A DNA stretch of 60,449 nt, taken from assembly GCA_015068925.1 (NCBI GenBank), contig SVJP01000002.1, forward strand, positions 1 to 60,449, written 5' to 3'. The translations under genes were made by a program, and so were the position numbers. Numbering within the stretch: position 1 is the first letter of the stretch; each line of letters begins with the position of its first letter. Shown one piece after another: positions 46,917 through 56,578 of the stretch. The stretch is from Oscillospiraceae bacterium. Lineage in GTDB: Bacteria; Bacillota; Clostridia; HGM11514. The notes below the pieces were generated by a model. It was not told the DNA's origin. It searched no databases and saw nothing but the letters and a program-made list of their open reading frames with translations.

Positions 46917-49900
46917 TTAGAAAAAGCTCATTTGACTGGATTCATCCATACCATCCAGACATCCTTGGTTTCGCAAGGTTTCGATCACTGTTTTATTGAG
47001 CTTTGCTCTGGTTTGCAAATCTTCAATGGAGAAGAAGGGTTCTTCTTCCCGAGCTGCGACAATGGCTTTTGCCGCATTATCACCCAAACCGCTTAATGCG
47101 TTCAGAGAGGGTCGGATTTTTCCTTCTCCCATAGGCTTGAACCGAACACCGTCTGATTCCTCTAAGCTAATGGGCAAGAAGGTCAGACCTCTTGCATACA
47201 TTTCAATGCACAACTCCAAAATGGTAATCATTTCTTTTTCTTTTTGTGTAGGATTGGGAAGCTGCTCCAACTCCTGTTTTTTCGCTTTTGCCACTTCAGG
47301 ACCTTTGCACATAAATTCAGCATCAAAGTTATCCGCACGAATGGAAAAATAAGTGGAATAATATTCTTCCGGATAATTTACTTTAAAGTATGCCACACGG
47401 AATCCCATAGTAACATACGCCGCCGCATGGGCTTTGGGGAACATATACTGAATTTTTTTACAAGAATCAATATACCAATCCTCAACGCCATGTTCCCGCA
47501 TCATGGCTTCCTGTTCTCCTGTCAAGCCTTTTCCTTTTCTGACACTTTCCATAATCTTAAAAGAAGCAAGATTGGGAAGACCTTTTCGAATCAAGAATCC
47601 CATAATATCGTCACGGGTACAAATAACATCCATCAGAGTTAACCCGTCGTTAACAATCAAATCCTGGGCATTTCCTACCCATACATCAGTTCCGTGAGAC
47701 AATCCTGAAATTCGGACTAATTCTGCAAAAGTGGTAGGTTTTGTATCAACCAACATTTGACGAACAAATTTGGTACCAAATTCAGGAACACCATAAGTTC
47801 CGACCGTAGAGCCGATTTGCTCGGGAGTAACACCCAGCGCCTCCGTTCCCGTAAATAAACTCATAGTCTTTTTATCATCTAACTGAATGGTAGTGGCATC
47901 CACACCTGTCAAATCCTCCAGCATTCTGATTACGGTAGGATCGTCGTGCCCTAAAATGTCCAGCTTCAACAGGTTCTGGTCAATGGAATGATATTCAAAA
48001 TGGGTAGTAATAATATCCGATTCACGGTCGTCTGCAGGATGCTGAACGGGGCAAAAATAATGAATATCCGAATCCTTGGGAACAACAATAATTCCTCCCG
48101 GATGCTGACCGGTAGTACGCTTTACCCCCGTACACCCCAACGCAAGACGTTCTTTTTCGGCATTGTTCAGATTTCTGCCTGTTTTTTCAATATATTTTAA
48201 TACATAACCAAAAGCGGTTTTTTCCGCTACTGTACCAATGGTTCCTGCACGGAACACAAATCCTTCTCCAAACAGTTCCTCGGTATATTTATGAGCAACA
48301 GGCTGATAATCTCCTGAAAAATTCAAGTCAATATCAGGTTCCTTATCCGCATTAAAGCCTAAGAAGGTTTCAAAGGGTATGTCATGCCCGTCTTTGGTCA
48401 TAACCGGTGCTCCGCATTTGGGACACGCCTTATCAGGCATATCACAACCCGAACCGTAAGAACCGTCTGTGATAAATTCCGCATGTTTACAATCGGGGCA
48501 AACATAGTGAGGTACCAGAGAGTTTACCTCGGTAATCCCTGCCATAAATGCAACCAGGGAAGATCCAACAGACCCTCTGGATCCTACCAAGTAACCGTCT
48601 GAATTGGATTTTGCCACCAACTTTTGAGCAATCATATACATAACTGCATATCCGTTGTTGACAATTGGGGTCAGTTCCCTTTCCATACGTGTTGCCACAA
48701 TTTCAGGAAGAGGATCTCCGTAAATCCGCTTTGCCTTTTCGTAACACATTTCTGTTAACTCTTCCGGTGCACGATCCATTTTTGGCGGAAAAGTTTCCTT
48801 TGGAGTAGGGCGGATTTTTTCAATCATATCCGCAATCTTGTTTGGATTGGTAATGACAATTTCTTTTGCGGTTTCTTCGGGCAGATACGAAAATTCTGCC
48901 AACATTTCTTCGGTGGTTCTGAAGTAAAGGGGTGCCTGATTGCAGGCATCGTCAAAACCCTGCGCTGTCATCAGCACCTCACGGAATACCGCATCCTCGG
49001 GATTTAAGAAATGGACGTCACCCGTTGCTACAACAAGCTTATGATATTTTTCGCCAAGACGTATAATTTCGCGATTTAATTCCTTCAACGCTTCTTCATT
49101 GGGGACTGTCCCGTTTCGTACCATAAACTGATTATTTCCAAGAGGCTGTACTTCATAATAGTCATAAAAATCTGCCAAAGCTTCTATTTCCTGAGCAGGT
49201 CTTTTCTGCAACAATGCCTGATATAATTCACCTGCTTCGCAGGCAGATCCGATGATCAGCCCCTCTTTATGCTGCAAATATATGCTCTTGGGAATTCTGG
49301 GTGTTCTGTAAAAATAGTTCAAATGTGCTTCTGACACCAATTCGTATAAATTTTTCAACCCTATCAAATTCTGCACTAAAATAATGGCATGATAGGCTTT
49401 GGATTTCCGCACATCCGCCTTTGCAGTCAACACGGTGTTTAATTCCTTAATACCGGAAACAGAATATTCTTTTTCAATGATTTCAAAGCACTTGATTAAA
49501 ATTCCGGCGGCAGCACCTGCATCGTCACAAGCACGATGATGATTTTCTAAGGATACGCCTAAATGCTTTGCTACAATATTTAATTTATGCTTACTAAGCT
49601 CAGGGAACATGGCACGGGATAATTCCAGAGTATCCAACACCGTATTTTCAATCGGAATATTTTGCTTTCTGCATGCTTCTCTGATAAAGGACATATCAAA
49701 AGACGCGTTATGAGCAACAAATACGCCATCCCCTGCAAATTGCATAAATCGAGGAAGAATTTGGGTAATATCAGGGGCATCCTCCACCATGGCATCAGTA
49801 ATCCCTGTTAATTCAATAATATTGGCAGGAATCGGTTTTCCGGGGTTGACAAACTCCGAGAATGTATCCACAATCTTTCCGTTTTGAACTTTAACGGCAC

Positions 49901-51071
49901 CAATTTCCATAATTTCCTCGGTGACAGGGGAAAGACCTGTTGTTTCCAGGTCAAATACAATAAATGTATCGGAAAGGGTTGCATCCTTCACACCTGAAAC
50001 AATATCTAAGGTATCATTTACCAGATAAGCTTCTACACCGTAAATAATTTTAATGTCACTGTCTCCTGCTGCTTTAAATGCCAGAGGAAAACTTTGAAGT
50101 ACACCATGGTCAGTAATGGCAATGGCTTTGTGCCCCCATTTTATGGCAGTCTTTACCAAATCCTTCGCAGGAGCCAATGCATCCATGGCACTCATTTGCG
50201 TATGTACATGAAGTTCCACGCGTTTTTCGGGCGCTTCATCCTTCTTGCTTGTCTTTTCTCCAAGCATAATATTTTTTATCATAATCACGGTCTCGTGATC
50301 ATATTTATCTTCACTCAACTCCCCTTTGACTATAATTCGTTCGCCCGGCTTTAATCCGTCATCCAGGGATTTTTCAAAGTTTTTGTCACAAATCAGCTTA
50401 CAGGTAATAGAAAACGTTAAATCCGTAATGGCAACAGAATAAATGAGCATACCACGCTTGGTTTCACGCTTGTCAACTTTAAAAATATCACCCTCCGCAA
50501 TAACATTGCCATATTCCTGACCCAACTCAATCAATGGCATAGGTTTCCCTTTAAAGGGTTTTCCATAAATAGCTTCTCCCGCTTTTTTTCCTTTTGCCAC
50601 AGCCGCTTTCGCTTCGGCTACATATTCTTGCAATTTATCCGCTTGCTCCTGCTCAAATTCTGCTATTTTTTCTTTTTCGTCTACTTCTTCAGGTACTTGA
50701 AATTGCTCAGCTTCCGTTAATATCGCGCCCCATTGCACATCCGGAACAGGAGCTTCCTGTACATGGTTTGACTCCGAAACAGAAGGAGACGGCAACTGAT
50801 CTGCCTCATCAAGATACGCATCCCATGCCGGATCGGAAGGTTCTTCTGCTTTTGGAAAATGTACCGTCAATTTCATGCCGTTAAGCTTCAACAGAGTGGT
50901 AATTTGCATTTCCAAGGTTTTAATCGTAGCCAAATCCACCGGTTGGGAACAATCCACAACCAGCTCCATACATCTGTTATTTAAATCAATTTTACTTTCG
51001 GGCAATAACCTTCCTTCAGCCAATGCATCCGGAAAAGGAATTCCAGAAAACCACTGTAGTATTTCTTTCAT
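46917..51071 (-). CDS. polC: DNA polymerase III alpha subunit, PolC type
   Basis: 1384 aa. It has a PHP domain (HVHTQMS), an inserted DnaQ-like exonuclease (FDLETTGLS, HNASFDMSF) and a Zn module (CPDC...CPKCG). Confidence 0.95.
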   Translation of the reverse strand: MKEILQWFSGIPFPDALAEGRLLPESKIDLNNRCMELVVDCSQPVDLATIKTLEMQITTLLKLNGMKLTVHFPKAEEPSDPAWDAYLDEADQLPSPSVSESNHVQEAPVPDVQWGAILTEAEQFQVPEEVDEKEKIAEFEQEQADKLQEYVAEAKAAVAKGKKAGEAIYGKPFKGKPMPLIELGQEYGNVIAEGDIFKVDKRETKRGMLIYSVAITDLTFSITCKLICDKNFEKSLDDGLKPGERIIVKGELSEDKYDHETVIMIKNIMLGEKTSKKDEAPEKRVELHVHTQMSAMDALAPAKDLVKTAIKWGHKAIAITDHGVLQSFPLAFKAAGDSDIKIIYGVEAYLVNDTLDIVSGVKDATLSDTFIVFDLETTGLSPVTEEIMEIGAVKVQNGKIVDTFSEFVNPGKPIPANIIELTGITDAMVEDAPDITQILPRFMQFAGDGVFVAHNASFDMSFIREACRKQNIPIENTVLDTLELSRAMFPELSKHKLNIVAKHLGVSLENHHRACDDAGAAAGILIKCFEIIEKEYSVSGIKELNTVLTAKADVRKSKAYHAIILVQNLIGLKNLYELVSEAHLNYFYRTPRIPKSIYLQHKEGLIIGSACEAGELYQALLQKRPAQEIEALADFYDYYEVQPLGNNQFMVRNGTVPNEEALKELNREIIRLGEKYHKLVVATGDVHFLNPEDAVFREVLMTAQGFDDACNQAPLYFRTTEEMLAEFSYLPEETAKEIVITNPNKIADMIEKIRPTPKETFPPKMDRAPEELTEMCYEKAKRIYGDPLPEIVATRMERELTPIVNNGYAVMYMIAQKLVAKSNSDGYLVGSRGSVGSSLVAFMAGITEVNSLVPHYVCPDCKHAEFITDGSYGSGCDMPDKACPKCGAPVMTKDGHDIPFETFLGFNADKEPDIDLNFSGDYQPVAHKYTEELFGEGFVFRAGTIGTVAEKTAFGYVLKYIEKTGRNLNNAEKERLALGCTGVKRTTGQHPGGIIVVPKDSDIHYFCPVQHPADDRESDIITTHFEYHSIDQNLLKLDILGHDDPTVIRMLEDLTGVDATTIQLDDKKTMSLFTGTEALGVTPEQIGSTVGTYGVPEFGTKFVRQMLVDTKPTTFAELVRISGLSHGTDVWVGNAQDLIVNDGLTLMDVICTRDDIMGFLIRKGLPNLASFKIMESVRKGKGLTGEQEAMMREHGVEDWYIDSCKKIQYMFPKAHAAAYVTMGFRVAYFKVNYPEEYYSTYFSIRADNFDAEFMCKGPEVAKAKKQELEQLPNPTQKEKEMITILELCIEMYARGLTFLPISLEESDGVRFKPMGEGKIRPSLNALSGLGDNAAKAIVAAREEEPFFSIEDLQTRAKLNKTVIETLRNQGCLDGMDESSQMSFF

Positions 51072-51072
51072 G

Positions 51073-52116
51073 TTAATCTCCTAATTGTTCTATTTCCGCT
51101 AACAAGGCACTGACTGCCTCTGTTTCCGGTACTTTTCGTAAAATCTCTCCTTTTTTAAACAGCAGGACACAGCCCTTTCCGCCTGCCAGACCGATATCTG
51201 CCTCTTTCGCTTCACCGGGGCCGTTTACCGCACAGCCCATCACCGCAACCTTAATGGTTTTTTCGCAGGTTTCCAATGCTTTAGTGACTTGTTCCGCAAT
51301 AGGAATCAAATTGACATTACATCTTGCACAGGTAGGACAAGAAACAACAGTAACCCCTGACTTCCGCAATCCTGCGGCTTTTAACAGTTCCTTCGCACAA
51401 CGCACCTCCTCCACAGGGTCTGCAGTCAAGGAAACCCGAATGGTATCTCCGATTCCATCCAATAAAAGTGCACCGATTCCCATGGCAGATTTAATGATAC
51501 CACCATAAGAGGTTCCTGCCTCTGTGACTCCCAAATGAAGAGGATAATCACACATTTTGCTCATCAGACGATAGGCAGCTACCGTATCGGCAACAGTAGA
51601 AGACTTTAAGGAAATCACAATATCCGAAAAATCACATTGTTCCAATAATTTGACATGCCCCATTGCACTCTCCACCATTGCCTCAGGGCAAGGGTGTCCG
51701 TATTTTTCCAACAATACAGCCTCCAACGAGCCGCCATTTACGCCGATGCGAATGGGGATATTTTTCGTTTTTGCCATGTCTGCAACTGCCTTTACCCGTT
51801 CTATGGCACCAATATTCCCCGGATTAATCCGAACCTTATCAATTCCTCGTTCCATACAAGTAAGCGCAAGTCGATAATCAAAATGAATATCTGCCACCAA
51901 TGGTACGGTCGTTTGTTCTTTGATTTTGTCAATACATTCCGCCGATTCCATATCCGGCACCGCCAAACGGACGATTTCGCATCCTGCTTGTTCCAAGGCA
52001 CGAATCTGTGCTACAGTTGCGGTAATATCCTTTGTTTTTGTATTGGTCATTGACTGAATGGTGACAGGTGCACCTCCACCCAATTTTAACGTTCCTACTG
52101 TTACTTGCTTTGTCAT
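51073..52116 (-). CDS. ispG: 4-hydroxy-3-methylbut-2-en-1-yl diphosphate synthase
   Basis: The ORF extends to 52131. The likely start is MTKQVTVG at 52116, 7 nt after GGGGAG. It has SCPTCARC...GCAVNGPGE motifs. Confidence 0.9.
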   Translation of the reverse strand: MTKQVTVGTLKLGGGAPVTIQSMTNTKTKDITATVAQIRALEQAGCEIVRLAVPDMESAECIDKIKEQTTVPLVADIHFDYRLALTCMERGIDKVRINPGNIGAIERVKAVADMAKTKNIPIRIGVNGGSLEAVLLEKYGHPCPEAMVESAMGHVKLLEQCDFSDIVISLKSSTVADTVAAYRLMSKMCDYPLHLGVTEAGTSYGGIIKSAMGIGALLLDGIGDTIRVSLTADPVEEVRCAKELLKAAGLRKSGVTVVSCPTCARCNVNLIPIAEQVTKALETCEKTIKVAVMGCAVNGPGEAKEADIGLAGGKGCVLLFKKGEILRKVPETEAVSALLAEIEQLGD

Positions 52117-52131
52117 AAAGTATCTCCCCAT

Positions 52132-53181
52132 TTATGAAAATAGTTTTACAATATCCTGATATGTGACGACTATCATCAAAAGCAGTAATAGTCCCATGCC
52201 GATTGCATGAACAAAACCTTCTTTTTCAGGCGGAATGGGCTTTCTGCGAATCAACTCAATTAACAGAAAGAATACCCGTCCTCCATCCAATGCTGGGAAA
52301 GGAAGCAGATTAAACACTCCCAGATTGACCGCAATCAATGCCGCCAGGGAGAGCAAACTTAAGATGCCTGCCTGAGCCGATTTTCCAATTTCATTTACAA
52401 TGCCCACAGGCCCCGACATATCAGAAAGTGCCACCTGTCCGCGGAAGATGCTGATAAAGGAATAAAGAACCATTCGGACCGTCAAAAAACAATTGAAAAA
52501 GGCGCGTTTCAATATCGTAAAAAATGTATTTTTTTCTTGTTGCATGGTATAACCGAATAAATACCGTTCTGTGGTTACAGGATTTCCCTCATCATCTATT
52601 CCTTCCACCGTTTCCAATCGGGGAGCAATGGTTTTGGTTAATTTTTTACCATCTCGTTTTAAGGTTACTTCCATTTCACCGTAATTGGCTTTCATCATTT
52701 CAAATTGCAAATCTGCAGGAATGTGAACTCGGTTTCCGTTAATGGCAACAATTTCGTCACCCACTAAAAATCCTGCCTCTTCTGCTGCGGAGTTTGGTAA
52801 CACCTCTGCCACCGTGTTGGTGGTAACTACATCTCCCGTGTTTGCACACAGGATGATGTATAAAATAAATCCCAATAAAATATTCATAAAGGCACCGCCT
52901 ACCATTACCAGCAGTCTTGCCCCAACGCTTTTATTACATAACGCTCCCTCGTTTTCCGATTCTTCGTCCTCGCCTTCCATACTGCAATATCCGCCAATGG
53001 GCAGCAGTCTGAGAGAATATCGGGTTCCTCCCTTGGTGAAGGAAAAGAGCTTTGGCCCCATACCAATGGCAAATTCATGAACCGTCACGCCCACCGCCTT
53101 TGCCGCCATCAGGTGACCTGCTTCGTGAACTGCAATCAGGATGCCAAACACCAAAATTGCCGCAATTATTGTTACAATCAT
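52132..53181 (-). CDS. rseP: RIP site-2 metalloprotease RseP/RasP
   Basis: 349 aa. It has HEAGHLMAAK (HExxH), a PDZ domain, and a C-terminal NLLPFPALDGG. Confidence 0.9.
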   Translation of the reverse strand: MIVTIIAAILVFGILIAVHEAGHLMAAKAVGVTVHEFAIGMGPKLFSFTKGGTRYSLRLLPIGGYCSMEGEDEESENEGALCNKSVGARLLVMVGGAFMNILLGFILYIILCANTGDVVTTNTVAEVLPNSAAEEAGFLVGDEIVAINGNRVHIPADLQFEMMKANYGEMEVTLKRDGKKLTKTIAPRLETVEGIDDEGNPVTTERYLFGYTMQQEKNTFFTILKRAFFNCFLTVRMVLYSFISIFRGQVALSDMSGPVGIVNEIGKSAQAGILSLLSLAALIAVNLGVFNLLPFPALDGGRVFFLLIELIRRKPIPPEKEGFVHAIGMGLLLLLMIVVTYQDIVKLFS

Positions 53182-53200
53182 AATCTTTCGCCTTTCCGAT

Positions 53201-54346
53201 TTAAATAAAATTTCGGGCGGTTTCTCTTGCCCATTTGTCCGCTTTAAAAATCTCCTCTAAGGAAGGAACTGCTATGAGATGATTCTGCTTCATAACCGCT
53301 TCCACCAATTCTGCAATTTCCAAAAATGCAATGTTACCTTTTAAAAATGCATCTACTGCAATCTCATTTGCACCGTTCATCACGCAAGGCATGGTACCGC
53401 CCGCATTTCCTGCTTCAAAAGCCAATGCCAGACAACGGAAGGTGTCCACATCTGGTTTTGCAAAGGTCAGTTGGTTCCACTTTGTAAAATCCACCGCTTC
53501 CGAGCAAGAGGGAAGCCGTTTGGGATAGGTCAATGCCAGCTGAATGGGCAGTTTCATATCCGCCGTTCCAAGCTGAGCCAAAATGGAATTGTCGGTAAAC
53601 TGTACCATAGAATGAATAATACTTTGACGGTGCACCAAAACCTCAATTTGCTCCAGCTCCGCACCAAACAACCATTTCGCCTCTAACACTTCCAGTCCTT
53701 TATTCATAAGAGTGGCAGAATCAATGGTAATTTTACTACCCATACTCCAGTTAGGGTGCTTTAAGGCATCTTTTGCCGTCACCGAGGTCAGCTCTTCTTT
53801 TGTTTTGCCGAAAAAAGGACCCCCTGATGCGGTCAGTAATATTTTCTGCAAGTACTCTTTATTGCCTTCTAAGCATTGAAAGATAGCAGAATGTTCACTG
53901 TCTACAGGCAAAATCGCAACACCGTATTTTTTTGCTTCTTCCATGACAAGCTGCCCTGCCGTAACCAAAGTTTCTTTGTTGGCAAGAGCAATGGTTTTTC
54001 CTGCACGAATTGCCGCAAGAGTGGGACGTAAACCCACGCTGCCCATCATAGAAGTCACTACCGTATCTGTATCGGGAAAAATTGCCGCCTCCAACAATCC
54101 GTCCATTCCACATACCAAACGGGTATCGGTATCAGCCACCCGTGTTTTTAAATCACGATAAGCTGATTCGTCGTAAACTGCACACAAAGCAGGACGCAGC
54201 TGACGGATTTGCTGTTCTAATAAATTCACATTTTTATTAGCAGCCAAAACAGACACCGACAAATTTTCTATTTGATTGACCACTTCTATGGTTTGCGTTC
54301 CGATAGAACCGGTCGAGCCTAAAATTGCAATGTTCTTTTGTTCCAA
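53201..54346 (-). CDS. dxr: 1-deoxy-D-xylulose 5-phosphate reductoisomerase
   Basis: 381 aa. It has ILGSTGSIG, LANKE and DSEHSAIFQ motifs. Confidence 0.95.
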   Translation of the reverse strand: MEQKNIAILGSTGSIGTQTIEVVNQIENLSVSVLAANKNVNLLEQQIRQLRPALCAVYDESAYRDLKTRVADTDTRLVCGMDGLLEAAIFPDTDTVVTSMMGSVGLRPTLAAIRAGKTIALANKETLVTAGQLVMEEAKKYGVAILPVDSEHSAIFQCLEGNKEYLQKILLTASGGPFFGKTKEELTSVTAKDALKHPNWSMGSKITIDSATLMNKGLEVLEAKWLFGAELEQIEVLVHRQSIIHSMVQFTDNSILAQLGTADMKLPIQLALTYPKRLPSCSEAVDFTKWNQLTFAKPDVDTFRCLALAFEAGNAGGTMPCVMNGANEIAVDAFLKGNIAFLEIAELVEAVMKQNHLIAVPSLEEIFKADKWARETARNFI

Positions 54347-54356
54347 AAAGAATTCC

Positions 54357-55154
54357 TCATTTCGTAAAAATAGTAAAATAAGTGATAAAAAGGCTTACCA
54401 TAGGAGCAGTAAATAAAATACTGTCAAAACGGTCTATCACACCGCCGTGACCCGGCATCAAATGACCAAAATCCTTGATGCCGCGTTCCCGTTTGATTTT
54501 AGAGGCTGTCAAATCACCAAACTGCGCCACAATTCCCAAACAAATTCCCAAAAACGCCAACGGAATCAGAGAAACCGTAAAATAACGATTTAAAACAAAT
54601 CCATATATCAAAGCCGAAAGAGCTGTACCCGTCATTCCGCCAACAGCCCCTGCAATCGTCTTATTCGGACTGATGACAGGGCAAAGTTTTCGTTTTCCAA
54701 AGGCACAACCCACAAAGTATGCAAAGGTATCAGTCAGCCAAGCACCTCCTAAAATCAGCCAAATTGCATAGGCACCAAACTCTGTTTCTCTGACAGAAAC
54801 CAAACAAGAAAGAGCACAGGGCACATAAATCTGGAAAACCAGAAAATTAGTCACATCAGAAAAAGACAACTGTTGAGGACGGAACACCATAACCGCAATC
54901 CCGAACAGGGCATAGAAAAACAATACCGTAACAATAGAATTCACAGAAGGCAAAAAGGGAATCAAAAATCCTAACAACATTCCCACCCATGTCAATTCCT
55001 TATGCACTTGATATTCAAATGCACGATACAATTCAAACAGTCCGATAGCACCGATGATTCCTACCGCTATTTTTAAAATCCACATATTACCGCATAATAA
55101 CACCGCAAACAACAGCACCAACGCCACCGCGGCAGATAAAATTCTTGTTTTCAT
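54357..55154 (-). CDS. cdsA: Phosphatidate cytidylyltransferase
   Basis: 265 aa and polytopic. It has the C-terminal signature SKIKRERGIKDFGHLMPGHGGVIDRFDS. Confidence 0.9.
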   Translation of the reverse strand: MKTRILSAAVALVLLFAVLLCGNMWILKIAVGIIGAIGLFELYRAFEYQVHKELTWVGMLLGFLIPFLPSVNSIVTVLFFYALFGIAVMVFRPQQLSFSDVTNFLVFQIYVPCALSCLVSVRETEFGAYAIWLILGGAWLTDTFAYFVGCAFGKRKLCPVISPNKTIAGAVGGMTGTALSALIYGFVLNRYFTVSLIPLAFLGICLGIVAQFGDLTASKIKRERGIKDFGHLMPGHGGVIDRFDSILFTAPMVSLFITYFTIFTK

Positions 55155-55165
55155 AACATCCTCCG

Positions 55166-55912
55166 TTATTTATGACCGCCGAACCGACGGTCTCTTTTCT
55201 GATAATCTGCAATCATGCGGTCAATATCCCTCGGTGAAAAATCAGGCCAGTTCACATCAGAATACCAAAATTCCGAATAAGCCGCCTGCCACAACATAAA
55301 ATTACTTAACCGAAGCTCTCCGCTGGGACGGATAATAATATCAGGATCGGGAACATGAGCAGTATACATCAATTTGGACAAAGATTCTTCCGTAATTTCT
55401 TCGGGATGCAATTCTCCTGCCTGCACCTTCTTTGCCAAAACCTTTGTTGCATTGGTAATTTCCTCCCGACCGCCGTAATTGACTGCCAGATTTAAAATTA
55501 AGCCCGTTTTATCTTTGGAAATGGCTTCGGCATATCCTACCTTCTCACGGATTCGTTCAGGAAGTCCTGCAATGTTCCCCACTACCCGAATCACGGAATT
55601 TCTGCCTGCGAGATTTTTATCCGCATTGGCAAGATAATCATAAAGCAAATCCATCAACGCATCGACTTCCTCTTTGGGACGGGACCAGTTTTCAGTTGAA
55701 AAAGCATAAGCGGTAATGGACTCCACCCCAATGGATTCGCAATACTCTACAATCTTTTTTAAGGTTTCTGCGCCTGCCTTATGACCGGCAGAACGAGGCA
55801 ACCCCCTTCTCTTTGCCCAACGGCCGTTTCCGTCCATAATAATACCAATATGCCGAGGAATCCGTTCTTTGTCAAAAGAAACCTCTTCCTTGCTTTTTTT
55901 TCGGAAAAACAT
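55166..55912 (-). CDS. uppS: Undecaprenyl diphosphate synthase (isoprenyl transferase)
   Basis: 248 aa. It has HIGIIMDGNGRWA and RTSGE-like (RPSGELRLSNF) motifs. Confidence 0.95.
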   Translation of the reverse strand: MFFRKKSKEEVSFDKERIPRHIGIIMDGNGRWAKRRGLPRSAGHKAGAETLKKIVEYCESIGVESITAYAFSTENWSRPKEEVDALMDLLYDYLANADKNLAGRNSVIRVVGNIAGLPERIREKVGYAEAISKDKTGLILNLAVNYGGREEITNATKVLAKKVQAGELHPEEITEESLSKLMYTAHVPDPDIIIRPSGELRLSNFMLWQAAYSEFWYSDVNWPDFSPRDIDRMIADYQKRDRRFGGHK

Positions 55913-56039
55913 ATGTAAATTCCTCCCCGTAATCCTATGTATGGCGGACTCTGCTCCTTTATGACAGCAGAATCCCTTCTTTTGTAAAAAAGCTTACCTT
56001 ATAATCATACCACAAAAAGACTTTTTTGTCTATCCATTT

Positions 56040-56195
56040 TTACGAAATATCCGACTGATTTTTTGTCTGTTGCTCCTTTTGTTCAAAATAAGCACATTGT
56101 TCTTTCATACTTAACGTATTGACCATAATTTGTTCTAAATTGCATTTTCCGTTGACCTGATGAATACAGTTGCTGACGCAGTTGATGTTTGTCAT
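56040..56195 (-). CDS. Small Cys-rich protein (51 aa), not in the ORF track
   Basis: The reverse complement reads MTNINCVSNCIHQVNGKCNLEQIMVNTLSMKEQCAYFEQKEQQTKNQSDIS*. The ATG at 56193..56195 lies 5 nt after GGGAGGG. The ORF is below the 60-aa cutoff of the supplied track. Confidence 0.55.
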   Translation of the reverse strand: MTNINCVSNCIHQVNGKCNLEQIMVNTLSMKEQCAYFEQKEQQTKNQSDIS

Positions 56196-56231
56196 GGTTT
56201 CCCTCCCTTTTGGTTAATTATTTGTAAAAAT

Positions 56232-56274
56232 CAAAAAAATATGCAGACAGACCGTTTTCTCCCGTCTGTCTGCA
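56232..56274 (-). terminator. Terminator-like hairpin on the minus strand with no upstream minus-strand gene
   Basis: TGCAGACAGAC (56242..56252) / GTCTGTCTGCA (56264..56274) forms an 11-bp perfect stem. On the minus strand it is followed by TATTTTTTTGATTTTT. Confidence 0.55.
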
Positions 56275-56381
56275 GTTATCATAACAACCGTCTGGTTGGA
56301 AAAGAGGAATGCCCCGATGTTCGGGTACAGCTTTATAGTATGAAACAAAAAGAGAAATGTGAAAGAGAAAAGAAAAAATTG

Positions 56382-56410
56382 TTTACAAATCCTGTAAAGT
56401 ATGGTACAAT
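56382..56410 (+). promoter_or_regulatory. Sigma-A promoter of the LRR operon, copy B
   Basis: TTTACA (56382..56387), a 17-nt spacer, then TGgTACAAT (-10 at 56405..56410), preceded by AAAAAATTG. It matches copy A at 42857..42885. Confidence 0.65.
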
Positions 56411-56416
56411 AAAGTT

Positions 56417-56578
56417 GCGACATAGTTTGAATATTTAGATTTATAAAAGTTTGCGGTTTGGTAAAAACGCACGCTTTACTTTGTCATACCTTTTATAAAT
56501 CTAAAATGGAATGAACTATGTCGCAGTAGTAGGTCAAAGCTGCGTTTTTCATGCGCAGCACTCGCTGCGCATTTTTTA
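56417..56578 (+). promoter_or_regulatory. Structured 5' leader RNA with intrinsic terminator, copy B (candidate riboswitch or attenuator)
   Basis: P1 is 56417..56427 / 56514..56524 (11 bp). P2 is 56434..56449 / 56490..56505 (16 bp). An inner hairpin TGCG..CGCA surrounds GGTAAAAACG. TTGTCATA and GCGTTTTTCATGCG are conserved. The terminator ATGCGCAGC-ACTC-GCTGCGCAT (56551..56572) is followed by T6. Confidence 0.65.

Noticed and set aside
55946-55975. A 10-bp hairpin (GGACTCTGCT..AGCAGAATCC) just upstream of the uppS RBS, considered as a regulatory element.
   Set aside because: It has no T-tract in the relevant orientation and no recognisable motif. I cannot distinguish it from chance without comparative data.
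56417-56578. Assignment of the duplicated leader to a known riboswitch class (purine, c-di-GMP-I/II, c-di-AMP ydaO, T-box).
   Set aside because: I found none of the hallmark conserved segments I remember for these classes. Examples are GGCAAACC...GGGACGCAAAGCC for GEMM-I and the UAUAAU / AUAUGG / CCGUAAA junctions for purine. This is a by-eye comparison only and needs a covariance-model search.
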